This document shows, piece after piece, positions 17,390 to 26,955 of a stretch of DNA of 64,000 nucleotides. The position numbers and the translations under genes were made by a program. Within the stretch, counting starts at the first letter, position 1. The number at the start of each line of letters is the position of its first letter. Source of the stretch: a bacterium. Lineage in GTDB: Bacteria > UBP6 > UBA1177. The stretch spans positions 1,709 through 65,708 of the forward strand of contig JAFQZM010000013.1 in the NCBI GenBank assembly GCA_017405875.1. Direction: 5' to 3'. The notes below the pieces were generated by a model, which searched no databases, was not told the origin of the DNA, and worked only from the letters and a program-made list of their open reading frames with translations.

Positions 17390-18894
17390 TTTCCAAAGCG
17401 AAGTTTATAGATCGTAAAATCACCGTTATCACTGATTTTTTCAAGATTTCCCGTATATTCCTGCGGCATTTCGATACCGTTTTTGAAAGCGCAGTAAGTG
17501 CCCGACTGCCTTGATTCGACTGCTTTGCGCATCATCTTTCTCACATCTTCCGGATTCGAAGTAAAAGAAATGGGTGCATTTTTGTGAAAATAAGCGTACC
17601 CGCCTGTCCAGATCTGCGGAATCCCGAAAAGGTAAGCCCGCTTCAAGTCTGCAATACGCCCAAGTTCCGCTTCAGTTTCCAAAACTCCGCCGAAAAGTTT
17701 TTCCACCCCCCTGTCGTTCCCGTAGAAATTATCTACAGATGTCGCCGAATGGTTCCAGAGCCGCGCGTATTTTATGTGTGTAAAGGCGTCAAGCGAAAAA
17801 AGGAGGCAGATCGCAAGAAAAAGAGCGGCATTTTTTCTGTTGTTTCCGTATTTTCGAACCAAATTGGCGAAAAATTCGGCTGAAAGCGCCAGAATCACGA
17901 AAAAGCAGACAAAAACAAAGCGCGGTTCTTTGTGACCGATCGCGCTGTGAACGATAAAAAACAAAAGAAACGGGAAGAAAAAAAGAAATATCTGCCTGTT
18001 TTTCTTGAAACTGACTACTCCGATTGCCATTATCAAAACCGCAGAGATCCAAGTTACAGGATGGAAAGTCTTAGCAATATCGGATAGATAATAATACCAA
18101 GGCGAAACTCCGTGTTTGTTTGCGACTCCGCGGAGAACATTGTAGTCGAAATAGGTGATAAAAGACTTGAAAAAACTTCCCCACGTAAAAATATCGAGAA
18201 GCCCCTGAAGCGCCACCATCCCCAAAAATCCGAAACCAAATATGAGAGAGGACTGAAAACGCTTTTTTGCAGTCAGGAACAGTGCGACCGCGATCCCGAA
18301 AGAGAAGGCTGCGGTCTGGAAACGGACCATAAAGGCGATTCCGGCAGTCACAAAGGCGAAAACAAGGTCTCTGATCCGCTCGTTTTTGATGTAGTTCGAA
18401 GCAAAATAGACGGCAAAAACCATGAAGGGAAGCGAAGCAGATTCCGTCAGCGTCCTCACAGAAATATACGAAGCCAGATAACTTGCGGCAAGCGGAAGCG
18501 TGAAAAGAAAAGCCTCTTTTTTCGCAAGACCGTGCTTCCTGAAAAGAAGATATACGACCGAAACAGCCAAGCTGCTGAATATACTTAAGAAAATCTTTAT
18601 TCCGATATTTATTGAAAGCGGGTCTTTAACACCTATAGTATCAAGAATTTTGTAAACTCCCGCCAGAATTCCGGGAAAAAACCAGCTCCTTGCCCCGTAT
18701 TTGAATTCCCAGTAAGTTATTCCACGCCCAAAAACCAGTTTGTGCGCCGGCTCGATCGTCTGAAAAATCTCATCGGGGTATATCTGGGCGATGCTCGTGT
18801 GTGCGGCGTAAATGCGGACAAGCAGCGAGAGCGCAAAAATTATAAAAAACGGCAACACCTCTGAATCATTGATGATCTTTTTATTTTCGTTCAT
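17386..18894 (-). CDS. GT-C fold membrane glycosyltransferase (PMT_2/Alg9-like mannosyltransferase family candidate)
   Basis: 502 aa with multi-TM N-terminal two-thirds, an HKEPRF motif (the GT22 HKExRF signature) and a soluble C-terminal domain. Confidence 0.5.
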   Translation of the reverse strand: MNENKKIINDSEVLPFFIIFALSLLVRIYAAHTSIAQIYPDEIFQTIEPAHKLVFGRGITYWEFKYGARSWFFPGILAGVYKILDTIGVKDPLSINIGIKIFLSIFSSLAVSVVYLLFRKHGLAKKEAFLFTLPLAASYLASYISVRTLTESASLPFMVFAVYFASNYIKNERIRDLVFAFVTAGIAFMVRFQTAAFSFGIAVALFLTAKKRFQSSLIFGFGFLGMVALQGLLDIFTWGSFFKSFITYFDYNVLRGVANKHGVSPWYYYLSDIAKTFHPVTWISAVLIMAIGVVSFKKNRQIFLFFFPFLLFFIVHSAIGHKEPRFVFVCFFVILALSAEFFANLVRKYGNNRKNAALFLAICLLFSLDAFTHIKYARLWNHSATSVDNFYGNDRGVEKLFGGVLETEAELGRIADLKRAYLFGIPQIWTGGYAYFHKNAPISFTSNPEDVRKMMRKAVESRQSGTYCAFKNGIEMPQEYTGNLEKISDNGDFTIYKLRFGN

Positions 18895-18940
18895 TGTTTT
18901 CCCAACTTTTCACGTGAAACATTCTCAAAAAAACAAGCAA

Positions 18941-19669
18941 TTATAATGACTTTTGCGAAAATTTCGACAAATTCGAACGTATTTCTGCAATTTTTTCAAG
19001 AATCAGCAGAATATCCTGAGGTTTTGAAAAATTCTCCCCTTTTTTAGGCTGATAAGGCGCGTCAGTTTCAGTCAGAATCCGGTTTTCATGCAGAATTTTG
19101 ACCGTTTCCAGCGCTTTTTTATGCCCGTTGAGAAGCGCGTTTCCGAAACTGAAAAATGCGTTGACACCGTGATTTAAAATGCTTTCCGCCTCTGCCGCAG
19201 TCCCCGAATAAGAGTGAAAAATCACTTTTCCTATTTTTTTAAGTTCCTGAATTCGCTCAAAAATTTCAGGAATCGCCTTGCGGATGTGCAGAGTCACCGG
19301 AAGTTTTGCATTTTGAGCGATTTCAAGCTGTACAGCAAAAAGTCTTTTCTGCAGTTCAATCGTTGCGGCAAATTCTTCATTAAACCGGTCAAGCCCGATC
19401 TCTCCGACTGCTGCGATCCGCTTTTCCGAAACGAGTTTTTCCAGTATTTTCAGCTTTTTTTCATCTGGCGCCTGCGGGTGAATTCCGAAAGTTATTTCCA
19501 GCTTTTTTTCAGTTCCAGGATTTTGGGCAATGAAGTTTTCAACAAATTCGACTTCTTCCAACGTGTGACACGAGCAGAAGCCGAAAAAGTCGTTTTCTTT
19601 AATAAATTCAGCTGATTCATGAGAAACTTCAAGAAGCTGCTTTAAGTGAAAATGGGCGTCAGAAATCAT
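18941..19669 (-). CDS. tatD: TatD-family metal-dependent hydrolase/DNase
   Basis: 242 aa; N-terminal ISDAHFHL and TatD-like conserved His/Asp positions (HSYSG, TETDAP). Confidence 0.85.
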   Translation of the reverse strand: MISDAHFHLKQLLEVSHESAEFIKENDFFGFCSCHTLEEVEFVENFIAQNPGTEKKLEITFGIHPQAPDEKKLKILEKLVSEKRIAAVGEIGLDRFNEEFAATIELQKRLFAVQLEIAQNAKLPVTLHIRKAIPEIFERIQELKKIGKVIFHSYSGTAAEAESILNHGVNAFFSFGNALLNGHKKALETVKILHENRILTETDAPYQPKKGENFSKPQDILLILEKIAEIRSNLSKFSQKSL

Positions 19670-20445
19670 TGGAGCGTAATTGTCAGCGGATTATTCTGAT
19701 TTGCGATAAACGCCTTGAAATCAAGGGAGTGCGCCGTTCTGAAACTCTTCACGAGCTCACGCAGCATCTGCGGAGAGTTGTTTTCTTCACTCAAATGGCT
19801 GAAAATCACGGTTTTCGGGTGATTTTCCCCCATTCTTTCAAGGGCATCCAGGCTCTGATCATTTGAAAGATGACCGAACTGGCTCCTGATACGCTCCTTC
19901 AGAACAGGCGGATAGTGCGTATTCTGATAAAGCATTGCCGGATCGTGGTTTGCCTCTAAAATTATGCGCGTTCCCTGATTTATGTAGCTCATCATTCTGT
20001 TCGTCACTTTGCCGGTATCAGTCGCAAAACAGACCGTCTCGCCGCACGGAGCCGAAATAAGGTAACCGACCGGATCGACCGCGTCGTGCATGATTTCGAA
20101 CGGAGTAAATTCAAAAGCTCCGAGCTTGATTTTCCTGTCTTTTTCGACAGCTCTGCAATGGATCGGATGTTTTGTGTTTTCGTTAAGGATTTCAAGCGTT
20201 TTTGCCGTTGAAAAAACCGGGGCGTCAAGTTTGTATGCGGTGTATGCGACACCTTTTATATGGTCTTCGTGCTCGTGGGTAAGCAGAATTCCCTTTATCC
20301 GCGAAATGTCGATCCCAAGCATGTCGGCACGCCTTGAAAATTCACGAAAACTCAAGCCCTGATCGACGAGAAGCATTGAATTTTCGTATTCGATTATGTA
20401 GGCGTTAGCCTTGGAACCGCTGGCGAGAATGTGTATCGCGCTCAA
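19666..20445 (-). CDS. MBL-fold metallo-hydrolase (YycJ/PhnP-like)
   Basis: 259 aa with the THEHEDH metal-binding motif; 4 bp overlap with tatD. Confidence 0.8.
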   Translation of the reverse strand: MSAIHILASGSKANAYIIEYENSMLLVDQGLSFREFSRRADMLGIDISRIKGILLTHEHEDHIKGVAYTAYKLDAPVFSTAKTLEILNENTKHPIHCRAVEKDRKIKLGAFEFTPFEIMHDAVDPVGYLISAPCGETVCFATDTGKVTNRMMSYINQGTRIILEANHDPAMLYQNTHYPPVLKERIRSQFGHLSNDQSLDALERMGENHPKTVIFSHLSEENNSPQMLRELVKSFRTAHSLDFKAFIANQNNPLTITLQ

Positions 20446-20939
20446 TCCGAAATCCCCAGAAAATCTTTAATATCGTCAACAAAATCAGGCATTTCGCGTT
20501 CAAGCAGGAACGTGTTGAAAAGAGCTTTCATGATAAGTTCGAGTTTCGTCATCGCAAGAAGTCTCACCGAAATCATCTCATCCTCACTCTTTTCGCCCGT
20601 GATCGGAAGTTTGACCGAGCTGATTTTGAAGGGCATCGCCTTCACCTGAAAACTCCACTCGAGTTCTTTGGAAGCTATTCTGATTTTCGCCGCTTCCGGA
20701 AGTCTCCCCTTTTTGATCGACTCACGCACTGACGGTAGCGTTGTGATTTCCTGAGATTTTATAGTTTCGCAGTAACCGTCACCCGTGACCGAAGCCAAAG
20801 TGAGAGAATCTTCAATAAAAACGGATATTTCACCAAGGCCCAAATTGTTAAGTGACATTGTTTCGTCGGTCGCGCTCTTCCAGAAAAGCCAGAGCAGAAA
20901 TTCCGAACCCAAGTATCCGATACCGCTTTCTTTTGTCAT
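20442..20939 (-). CDS. Hypothetical protein; possibly the C-terminal part of a split RdgC-like recombination-associated protein
   Basis: 165 aa; the EFLLWLFW segment resembles the mid-RdgC region. ATGA overlap with the upstream ORF. Confidence 0.3.
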   Translation of the reverse strand: MTKESGIGYLGSEFLLWLFWKSATDETMSLNNLGLGEISVFIEDSLTLASVTGDGYCETIKSQEITTLPSVRESIKKGRLPEAAKIRIASKELEWSFQVKAMPFKISSVKLPITGEKSEDEMISVRLLAMTKLELIMKALFNTFLLEREMPDFVDDIKDFLGISD

Positions 20940-21547
20940 TTTTCACCCCAGATTTTCGTAAAAACAGGTTCCATTTTGTCCGCGCCGCCGAGTTCTTTCA
21001 CCGAATCGAAAAGGCTGACCTGATTGATTGAAATTTCGAAACTTTTCTCAAAAATATCGGTAAATTTTGCGATAGTTGCGCCCGACTGCGAAAAAAGATA
21101 AATCAGCTTCGAATCCATATCCCACGCGACTTCCGTGATCGTCGTTTTCGGATAGGAATTTGTCTTCATGCGCCTGATGACCTGCTCGCGGAGCTCCTTT
21201 TTCTGCTGCGCCGCAATGTATTCAAGATTGTTTTCGCGTTTGAAAACGAACTCCGCCTCTTCGATGTACGGACGAAGCTGCGCCGCCGTGAAGGAATATT
21301 TGTCCTCGCGGAGAGCGAAAACGAAAAAACTGTCGTGCAGAAGCGACGAAAAATTCTCGTTGTCAAAGCAGAGCACCGCATCGACCCAGCCGACGGACTC
21401 GTCTCTCAGATCTGTCGGATCAAGCCTCTGAAACGCACTTCCGGCAAGAGCCTCGCGCGCTTTTTCAATGCTATCGGGAGTTTTTTCCGGCATGAACACC
21501 GTGAAAGAAACATTTCCCTTCAACAATCTTGTCATCTTAAACCTCAA
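20936..21547 (-). CDS. RdgC-like recombination-associated protein, N-terminal portion
   Basis: 203 aa; MRFKMTRL...EALAGSAFQRLDPTDLRDESVGWVD parallels the E. coli RdgC N-terminus (MLWFKNL...LASMAFTPCG...MGWVPP). Confidence 0.4.
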   Translation of the reverse strand: MRFKMTRLLKGNVSFTVFMPEKTPDSIEKAREALAGSAFQRLDPTDLRDESVGWVDAVLCFDNENFSSLLHDSFFVFALREDKYSFTAAQLRPYIEEAEFVFKRENNLEYIAAQQKKELREQVIRRMKTNSYPKTTITEVAWDMDSKLIYLFSQSGATIAKFTDIFEKSFEISINQVSLFDSVKELGGADKMEPVFTKIWGEK

Positions 21548-21571
21548 TATTTAACATAAAATTTTCAAGAA

Positions 21572-21757
21572 CTAAGCCTTTTTGAAAGGATCTGGCGGTG
21601 GAGGTGGCGGCGGATCGGGATTTCCGGGAGGCGAAGGCGGCGGATCGTAGGCTCCGGCAACGAGCGGAGTCTGCTGAGAAGAGTGCAAACCACCGAAATC
21701 ACTGACCGAAAAAATCATTAAAAGCGCCGCTGAAACGACAATCGGAACGAATTTCAT
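21572..21757 (-). CDS. Small secreted proline-rich peptide (signal peptide + PPPSPPGNPDPPPPPPPDP)
   Basis: 61 aa ORF with a hydrophobic N-terminus. No homology recognised; could be spurious. Confidence 0.25.
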   Translation of the reverse strand: MKFVPIVVSAALLMIFSVSDFGGLHSSQQTPLVAGAYDPPPSPPGNPDPPPPPPPDPFKKA

Positions 21758-21868
21758 TATTACCCCGACTATATAAAACGAAACTATTTTAAAAGCTTCG
21801 CGGGCAAAGTCAACCTTTTATTTTTCGGAAAGCACAAACACGTAAAGTGTATGAGAAAACATTATCTA

Positions 21869-22885
21869 TTACTTGGTTAATATTTCTCTTATCCGTTTAA
21901 AAACACCTGGCAAACCTTCCATTCTGAGAACACACAAAGCCTTTTCAGTAAGAGAACGATTTAATGTTGATCTCGCCGCTTGAATATAAAATTTGCCCCA
22001 ATATTCCCTATTTCTTCTGAAAGCACTCTGTTTTTCCTGACTGAAAATATGATGAAAAAAATTACCCAGCTGCTTAACTTGGACTTTTCTATCGAATTTT
22101 TCCGGATCAAGCAAGGCCGGAGTACCAAGATACCTTAAATAAAGTTCATCATTTTCATCAATTTCTTTAACCTTATTAACGACTGCATCCAATGATTCGA
22201 AATCATTAACAAAAACAAAAGATTCCGAGTTGAAAACTTTTTTTACTTCAGGATCTCCCCAATATATCGGAACCGTGTTTGCCGCAAAAGATTGAATTAA
22301 TTTTTCCGTTGTGTAACCGGGATGTGACGAATTTTCAAAAGCGATAGAAAATTTATGCCGGCTTTCAAATTCAATTTTATCTTTGACACCTTCAGGTATC
22401 CCGACATTGTTCATATAGCGGCCGCCGGAATCGACTTTTTTATATTTTGAAAGCTCTTGAAAAAATTGCTCTCTACTCGGATTTCCATTGTTGTTTGAAT
22501 AAACAAAATTGCAAAAATCGGTCTTTTTTGCCAGTTTTTTTTGAGGATCGATATGTTTTGACATAAAAGCGTCCCACAATTCCTGACCATAGGCATAATA
22601 CAAAGGCCATCGTAAATATCTGTCGCCAAAATCCAAATACTCAAAACCGATGGCGTAGTCATACAAATTAAAATCAGGACAGATGTTCTCTCCCGTGAAA
22701 AAGATTTTTACGCAGTTGTCATATTTTTTGTTTAAGGCTTCGTGTCCGAAAACACTGCATATCAGATAATCAGGTTCTTCGGAAAGTTCCGTTTCATATC
22801 CGATAGAACCTGCTATTCTATGCAAAAAATTATTGTTTGGATTAAAACCTTTGTAAAAATCTACATATTTTATTCTCTTCGACAT
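21869..22885 (-). CDS. GT10-family alpha-1,3-fucosyltransferase-like glycosyltransferase
   Basis: C-terminal HKFSIAFENSSHPGYTTEKLIQSFAANTVPIYWGDPEV matches the GT10 signature (cf. H. pylori FutA YKFNLCFENS..GYVTEKI....IPIYWG). Start chosen at MSKRIKY with a GGGAG RBS. Confidence 0.8.
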   Translation of the reverse strand: MSKRIKYVDFYKGFNPNNNFLHRIAGSIGYETELSEEPDYLICSVFGHEALNKKYDNCVKIFFTGENICPDFNLYDYAIGFEYLDFGDRYLRWPLYYAYGQELWDAFMSKHIDPQKKLAKKTDFCNFVYSNNNGNPSREQFFQELSKYKKVDSGGRYMNNVGIPEGVKDKIEFESRHKFSIAFENSSHPGYTTEKLIQSFAANTVPIYWGDPEVKKVFNSESFVFVNDFESLDAVVNKVKEIDENDELYLRYLGTPALLDPEKFDRKVQVKQLGNFFHHIFSQEKQSAFRRNREYWGKFYIQAARSTLNRSLTEKALCVLRMEGLPGVFKRIREILTK

Positions 22886-22950
22886 GACTTTCTCCCGAGA
22901 ACACTTCAAAGACTGAAAAAAATAGTTTATTCCCGATTTTTTTCAAGAAA

Positions 22951-24375
22951 TCATCTTATATCGCAGATCACGACTTGTTTAAGTCGGTAGTATTCGGCAA
23001 AACTGACATTTTCTTTTTTTAACGGATCTTCAAAAAGGTCTTTGTAAAAAATAGACCTCGGAATTTTTTCAATTTTCGGCAAACAAAGAAGACCGCTTTT
23101 ATAATTTTTGATTTTTTCTTCGCGTTCCAACATCGTTTTTCTAAAATCAGATGCCTTGCCTGAAAAAAGATCGGCACAGACATGATATAAATTATTCTGA
23201 CCGTAAGTAATCACAGTCCATCTTGCTCCTTCAAAAGGATGCTCCAGATAAAAAGAAAAATCGCGTTTCTGCATCGAATCAAGAGAAGAAACGTAAAGAT
23301 TTCCAAAAAACCAAACAACAAAAACGGTGAAAAGCAGAAATTTTTTGTTCAATATTTTAACCATTACAGCCTGTGTTTTTTCAAGAGAAACGATGTAGAA
23401 AAAAAGAAATATGAAGACGAAACACGAAATATTCAAAGTTCTTCCCGGCGCAGGCACTCCTGTCGACCAAAAATGTGTAAAAGGTGCACAAAAAATCAAA
23501 AACAGCAGAAATAATATCACAAAAATCGGTTTTTCTTTCGGTAAAACAATTTTGACATTCAGTTTTTGCCTGAAACAGCAAAACAGAAAAGCCGCGCCCC
23601 AAAGCAGAGGATTAAGAAGCCAAACTCCAACCAAAGTTCCGGTCAAACCAAATGACGCAACTAAGGAAAACAAAAAATCGTGTTCTTTTGCAGCGCGCAC
23701 GGCATTTCCGGGAGCTAAAATGACAACTAAAGAAAACAGTGAGAAAACCGCAGCCATCAGCCAAAGTCTCTTGTTTTTACGATCTCTTAAAAGAGAGACA
23801 AACACAAAAATCATTAGAAGGAGCATCGAGACTTCATTGGAGCCGATCACAAAAATACCAATCAAAATCAATAAGATACAAATTTTATTGTTTTTGATTG
23901 AGTCAAAACATGAAAGAAAAATTACTATCGCAATATTTGCCGGAGCATAAGTCGCCCATCCTGTAAACCAATAAATTTCCTGCGAGAGTGAAGGCATTCC
24001 GCTTACATAAAGCAAAAATAGCGTGATTGCAGAAACAAGCCGGAATTTCCTGGAAATATCAGGAAAAACTTTCTTTGAAACGAGGTGAAATGCAAAAATA
24101 TAACCGAAAATCGCCGAAACAGGGAAGAGCTTGTATAAAATCGAAAAATCGATGTAACATCCTGAAATTAATAGCATTGTCGAAGAAAATCTGCCGAACC
24201 AGGTTTTATACCAGTTTATTTGCGAGCCCAGCCAACCAAATTGATAAAGCGAATTGGCAAAAATAAAGTCATCTGCTTGCGGATAGGAAAAAAAACTGAT
24301 GATAATCAACAATATCAAAGTGATAATTTCGAAATACAGAAGAATTTTTGCTGTTTTAGTCATAACTTGCCTCAA
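22951..24375 (-). CDS. Polytopic membrane protein (>=10 TM), candidate GT-C/O-antigen-processing membrane protein
   Basis: 474 aa, hydrophobic throughout; sits in the polysaccharide locus. Confidence 0.45.
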   Translation of the reverse strand: MRQVMTKTAKILLYFEIITLILLIIISFFSYPQADDFIFANSLYQFGWLGSQINWYKTWFGRFSSTMLLISGCYIDFSILYKLFPVSAIFGYIFAFHLVSKKVFPDISRKFRLVSAITLFLLYVSGMPSLSQEIYWFTGWATYAPANIAIVIFLSCFDSIKNNKICILLILIGIFVIGSNEVSMLLLMIFVFVSLLRDRKNKRLWLMAAVFSLFSLVVILAPGNAVRAAKEHDFLFSLVASFGLTGTLVGVWLLNPLLWGAAFLFCCFRQKLNVKIVLPKEKPIFVILFLLFLIFCAPFTHFWSTGVPAPGRTLNISCFVFIFLFFYIVSLEKTQAVMVKILNKKFLLFTVFVVWFFGNLYVSSLDSMQKRDFSFYLEHPFEGARWTVITYGQNNLYHVCADLFSGKASDFRKTMLEREEKIKNYKSGLLCLPKIEKIPRSIFYKDLFEDPLKKENVSFAEYYRLKQVVICDIR

Positions 24376-24387
24376 ACAAATATTCCA

Positions 24388-24471
24388 GCGAATTTATTAC
24401 CCGAACCACAGATATTTGCAACAAAATACATTGATTTGACCTTGACATCCGTCGCAACTTGTGGGATTTTA
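24388..24471. promoter_or_regulatory. Divergent promoter block, copy 1: 40-mer GCGAATTTATTACCCGAACCACAGATATTTGCAACAAAATA plus 30-mer TTGACATCCGTCGCAACTTGTGGGATTTTA, 30 bp upstream of wzm
   Basis: Both blocks recur at 26719-26759 and 27572-27601 respectively. The 30-mer begins with a TTGACA-like hexamer. Confidence 0.45.
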
Positions 24472-24500
24472 CACCGTTTTGAGACTCGGAGAAGTCACTT

Positions 24501-25352
24501 ATGAGCGCAGAAAAAGAAAATTGGACGACGATAATCACCCCTAGAAACAGTTTTTTCCGGCTCAACTTGAAAGAACTCTGGCAATACCGCGATTTAATTA
24601 CATCTTTTGTAAAAAGAGATATCTCTGCAACATACAAACAAACGATTCTTGGTCCTTTGTGGTTTTTCATCCAGCCGATTTTTACTACGATCATGTTTCT
24701 CATAGTTTTCGGCAACATAGCTAAAATCCCGACTGACGGCGTTCCTCAGGTTCTCTTTTACATGAACGGCATTATCTTGTGGAACTATTTTTCCAAATGT
24801 CTGGTTTCGACATCAAACACCTTTGTCACAAATTCTGCGATTTTCAAAAAGGTCTATTTTTCAAGGCTCACCATGCCTATCTCCAATGTAATTTCGGCAT
24901 TGGTTCAGTTCATTATTCAATTTATTCTTTTTATAATAATTCTAATTGCTTACAAAATATACGGTGCCAACTTTAAATTGAGCACTGCTGTTTTTGCAGT
25001 TCCGCTTTTTGTGCTTCAGATGGCAGTTCTCGGGCTGGGACTCGGACTTATCATAACATCTTTGACAACAAAATACCGCGATTTGACCCATCTTGTAGGC
25101 TTTGCAGTGCAACTTTGGATGTATGCAACACCTATTGTTTATCCGCTTTCGATGGTTCCTGAAAAATGGCGCACTATTTACGGCTTGAATCCAGTCGTCC
25201 CGATTCTGGAAGGCTTCAAACACGCATTTTTCTCAACCGGAATGCCGTCATTCACCGAATACGGAATCAGTGTGGCAACGACTATTTTTCTCCTTTTTGC
25301 CGGAATTTTTATCTTTAACAAGGTCGAAAAAAATTTCGTGGATACGGTTTGA
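24501..25352 (+). CDS. wzm: ABC-2 type polysaccharide/O-antigen exporter permease
   Basis: 283 aa with 6 TM helices and an ABC-2 permease signature; wzt lies downstream. Confidence 0.85.
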   Translation: MSAEKENWTTIITPRNSFFRLNLKELWQYRDLITSFVKRDISATYKQTILGPLWFFIQPIFTTIMFLIVFGNIAKIPTDGVPQVLFYMNGIILWNYFSKCLVSTSNTFVTNSAIFKKVYFSRLTMPISNVISALVQFIIQFILFIIILIAYKIYGANFKLSTAVFAVPLFVLQMAVLGLGLGLIITSLTTKYRDLTHLVGFAVQLWMYATPIVYPLSMVPEKWRTIYGLNPVVPILEGFKHAFFSTGMPSFTEYGISVATTIFLLFAGIFIFNKVEKNFVDTV

Positions 25353-25438
25353 CGGACAAATCAAAATATAGTTCTTTTAAAATTATTTAATTTTCTGGAA
25401 TCTAACTTTAATTTTTACTACATACCAAAATAGAATCT

Positions 25439-26692
25439 TTAAAACGAGTGTAATTTAAATTTGTTGTTAAAAATTTTCCCAATATCGCTGCATACAAAAA
25501 ACAGCAGTAAAACAAACAAAGCCCATGCAAAAAATTCATCAACAAAATTAAATACAATGATGATTTCAGGGAAAAAAGTTAATGTGTGACGTATGATTTT
25601 AGCAATCATAGGTTCCCAGAGCAACCACATTACTAAAAAGAATGCTGTAAAAGACAAAATTTTGTATTTACCAGAAAAAGATTGTATCCAAATTACTAAC
25701 TGCGGAATAACAAAAATCAAAAACATCAACCGATAAATGAAATTTGAACCAAGTAAAAAAGTGCCGATATAAATTATTGCTCCGGCTCTAAAAGAATCCA
25801 AAGCCAGCGATTCTTCAAATTTCACAGGAAGCGAATTTCTAAACAACATAAAAAAAGCTGTCACAGCACAGATTGCCAGAATAAGATATGAACAATATTT
25901 AACAAACACACCAAAACTTTCATTTATCATAAGAGTTTTTATCCATACGACATCTTTACCGAATGCGAAAAAAACAGGTCGCGGAGTTCCCTTACTTATC
26001 AAAATAAGATCCGGAAAAGTCACCGCAAGATAAACTATAAAAACAACAGTTACTATTCCCAAAAACCTAAAACTTCGTTTTTTGTCGCTTCTAAAAAAAG
26101 TGACGGCAGCAAATATCGGAAATAATTTAAGAAATACCGCTGACAAAATAACAATTGATGAAAGAAAAAACTTGTTTTTATTTATCAAAAATACAGCAAG
26201 AGCAATCAAAAAAAACATAAAAAGATCTGTGTTTCCTCTTTCGATTCCTAGTAAAACAACCGGTGATAAAAGAGCCAGAATTGTAGTCAAAATTGTCACA
26301 TTTGGAGCATTCGGCAAAACAAGGCAAACTCCGAATAAAAAAAGCGAAACAAACAGAATGCCTATCGAAACAGTATCGCTTTCATCAATTCTAAACAAGT
26401 AAAGTGATTGCCAGATTCGCGGATAGTTCATAACCCTGTTCCATGGATCTCCAGGATTTTTTATCATGGGATCGAATCCCTGCTTTCTTGATTCAGCTCC
26501 AGCTGTTATAGTTCTTAAATCAGCAAAACACGGTTCCCTAACAGGAACTGCAAAAAAACGAAATAGGTAAGACGAACCGCCATAAGAAGTGCAAGCTCTT
26601 GAACACAAAAGAAAAATCGACACTAATAAAACAATTGATGCTATGATTTTTTTTCTGGATTTGACTTCCTTTATTATTTTTACAAACAACAT
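25439..26692 (-). CDS. Polytopic membrane protein, unknown function
   Basis: ~417 aa from MLFVKIIKEV, with an AAGGGA RBS. The longer ORF start at 26752 would run into the duplicated 40-mer promoter block, so the shorter start is preferred. Confidence 0.45.
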   Translation of the reverse strand: MLFVKIIKEVKSRKKIIASIVLLVSIFLLCSRACTSYGGSSYLFRFFAVPVREPCFADLRTITAGAESRKQGFDPMIKNPGDPWNRVMNYPRIWQSLYLFRIDESDTVSIGILFVSLFLFGVCLVLPNAPNVTILTTILALLSPVVLLGIERGNTDLFMFFLIALAVFLINKNKFFLSSIVILSAVFLKLFPIFAAVTFFRSDKKRSFRFLGIVTVVFIVYLAVTFPDLILISKGTPRPVFFAFGKDVVWIKTLMINESFGVFVKYCSYLILAICAVTAFFMLFRNSLPVKFEESLALDSFRAGAIIYIGTFLLGSNFIYRLMFLIFVIPQLVIWIQSFSGKYKILSFTAFFLVMWLLWEPMIAKIIRHTLTFFPEIIIVFNFVDEFFAWALFVLLLFFVCSDIGKIFNNKFKLHSF

Positions 26693-26718
26693 TCCCTTTG
26701 TCCTCGAACTACATACCG

Positions 26719-26759
26719 GCGAATTTATTACCCGAACCACAGATATTTGCAATAAAATA
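26719..26759. promoter_or_regulatory. Copy 2 of the 40-mer promoter block (GCGAATTTATTACCCGAACCACAGATATTTGCAATAAAATA)
   Basis: 39/41 identical to 24388-24428; immediately upstream of the minus-strand membrane protein gene. Confidence 0.4.
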
Positions 26760-26955
26760 GTATGATTTCTATCCCTTCAAAGCCGTGAGTGATGCGATAT
26801 AGATACCGTCAGAAGGTAATTCTTTCAAAAAAGCGCCGTTCTTCAAAGTTTTTGGCAACCTCACCCTCAATCCCTCTCCAATGTGGCGAGGGAAAATGCG
26901 GTGCCACTTTTTCCCGGTATTTTCGGATGGTTTTTGCCACTTTTTCCAGGTAAAT

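Noticed and set aside
26693-26752. Longer N-terminus of the membrane protein 25439-26752 (MQISVVRVINS...)
   Set aside because: Those codons are the duplicated 40-mer promoter block, which is non-coding in its other copy at 24388-24428. An internal Met with an AAGGGA RBS gives the more plausible start.
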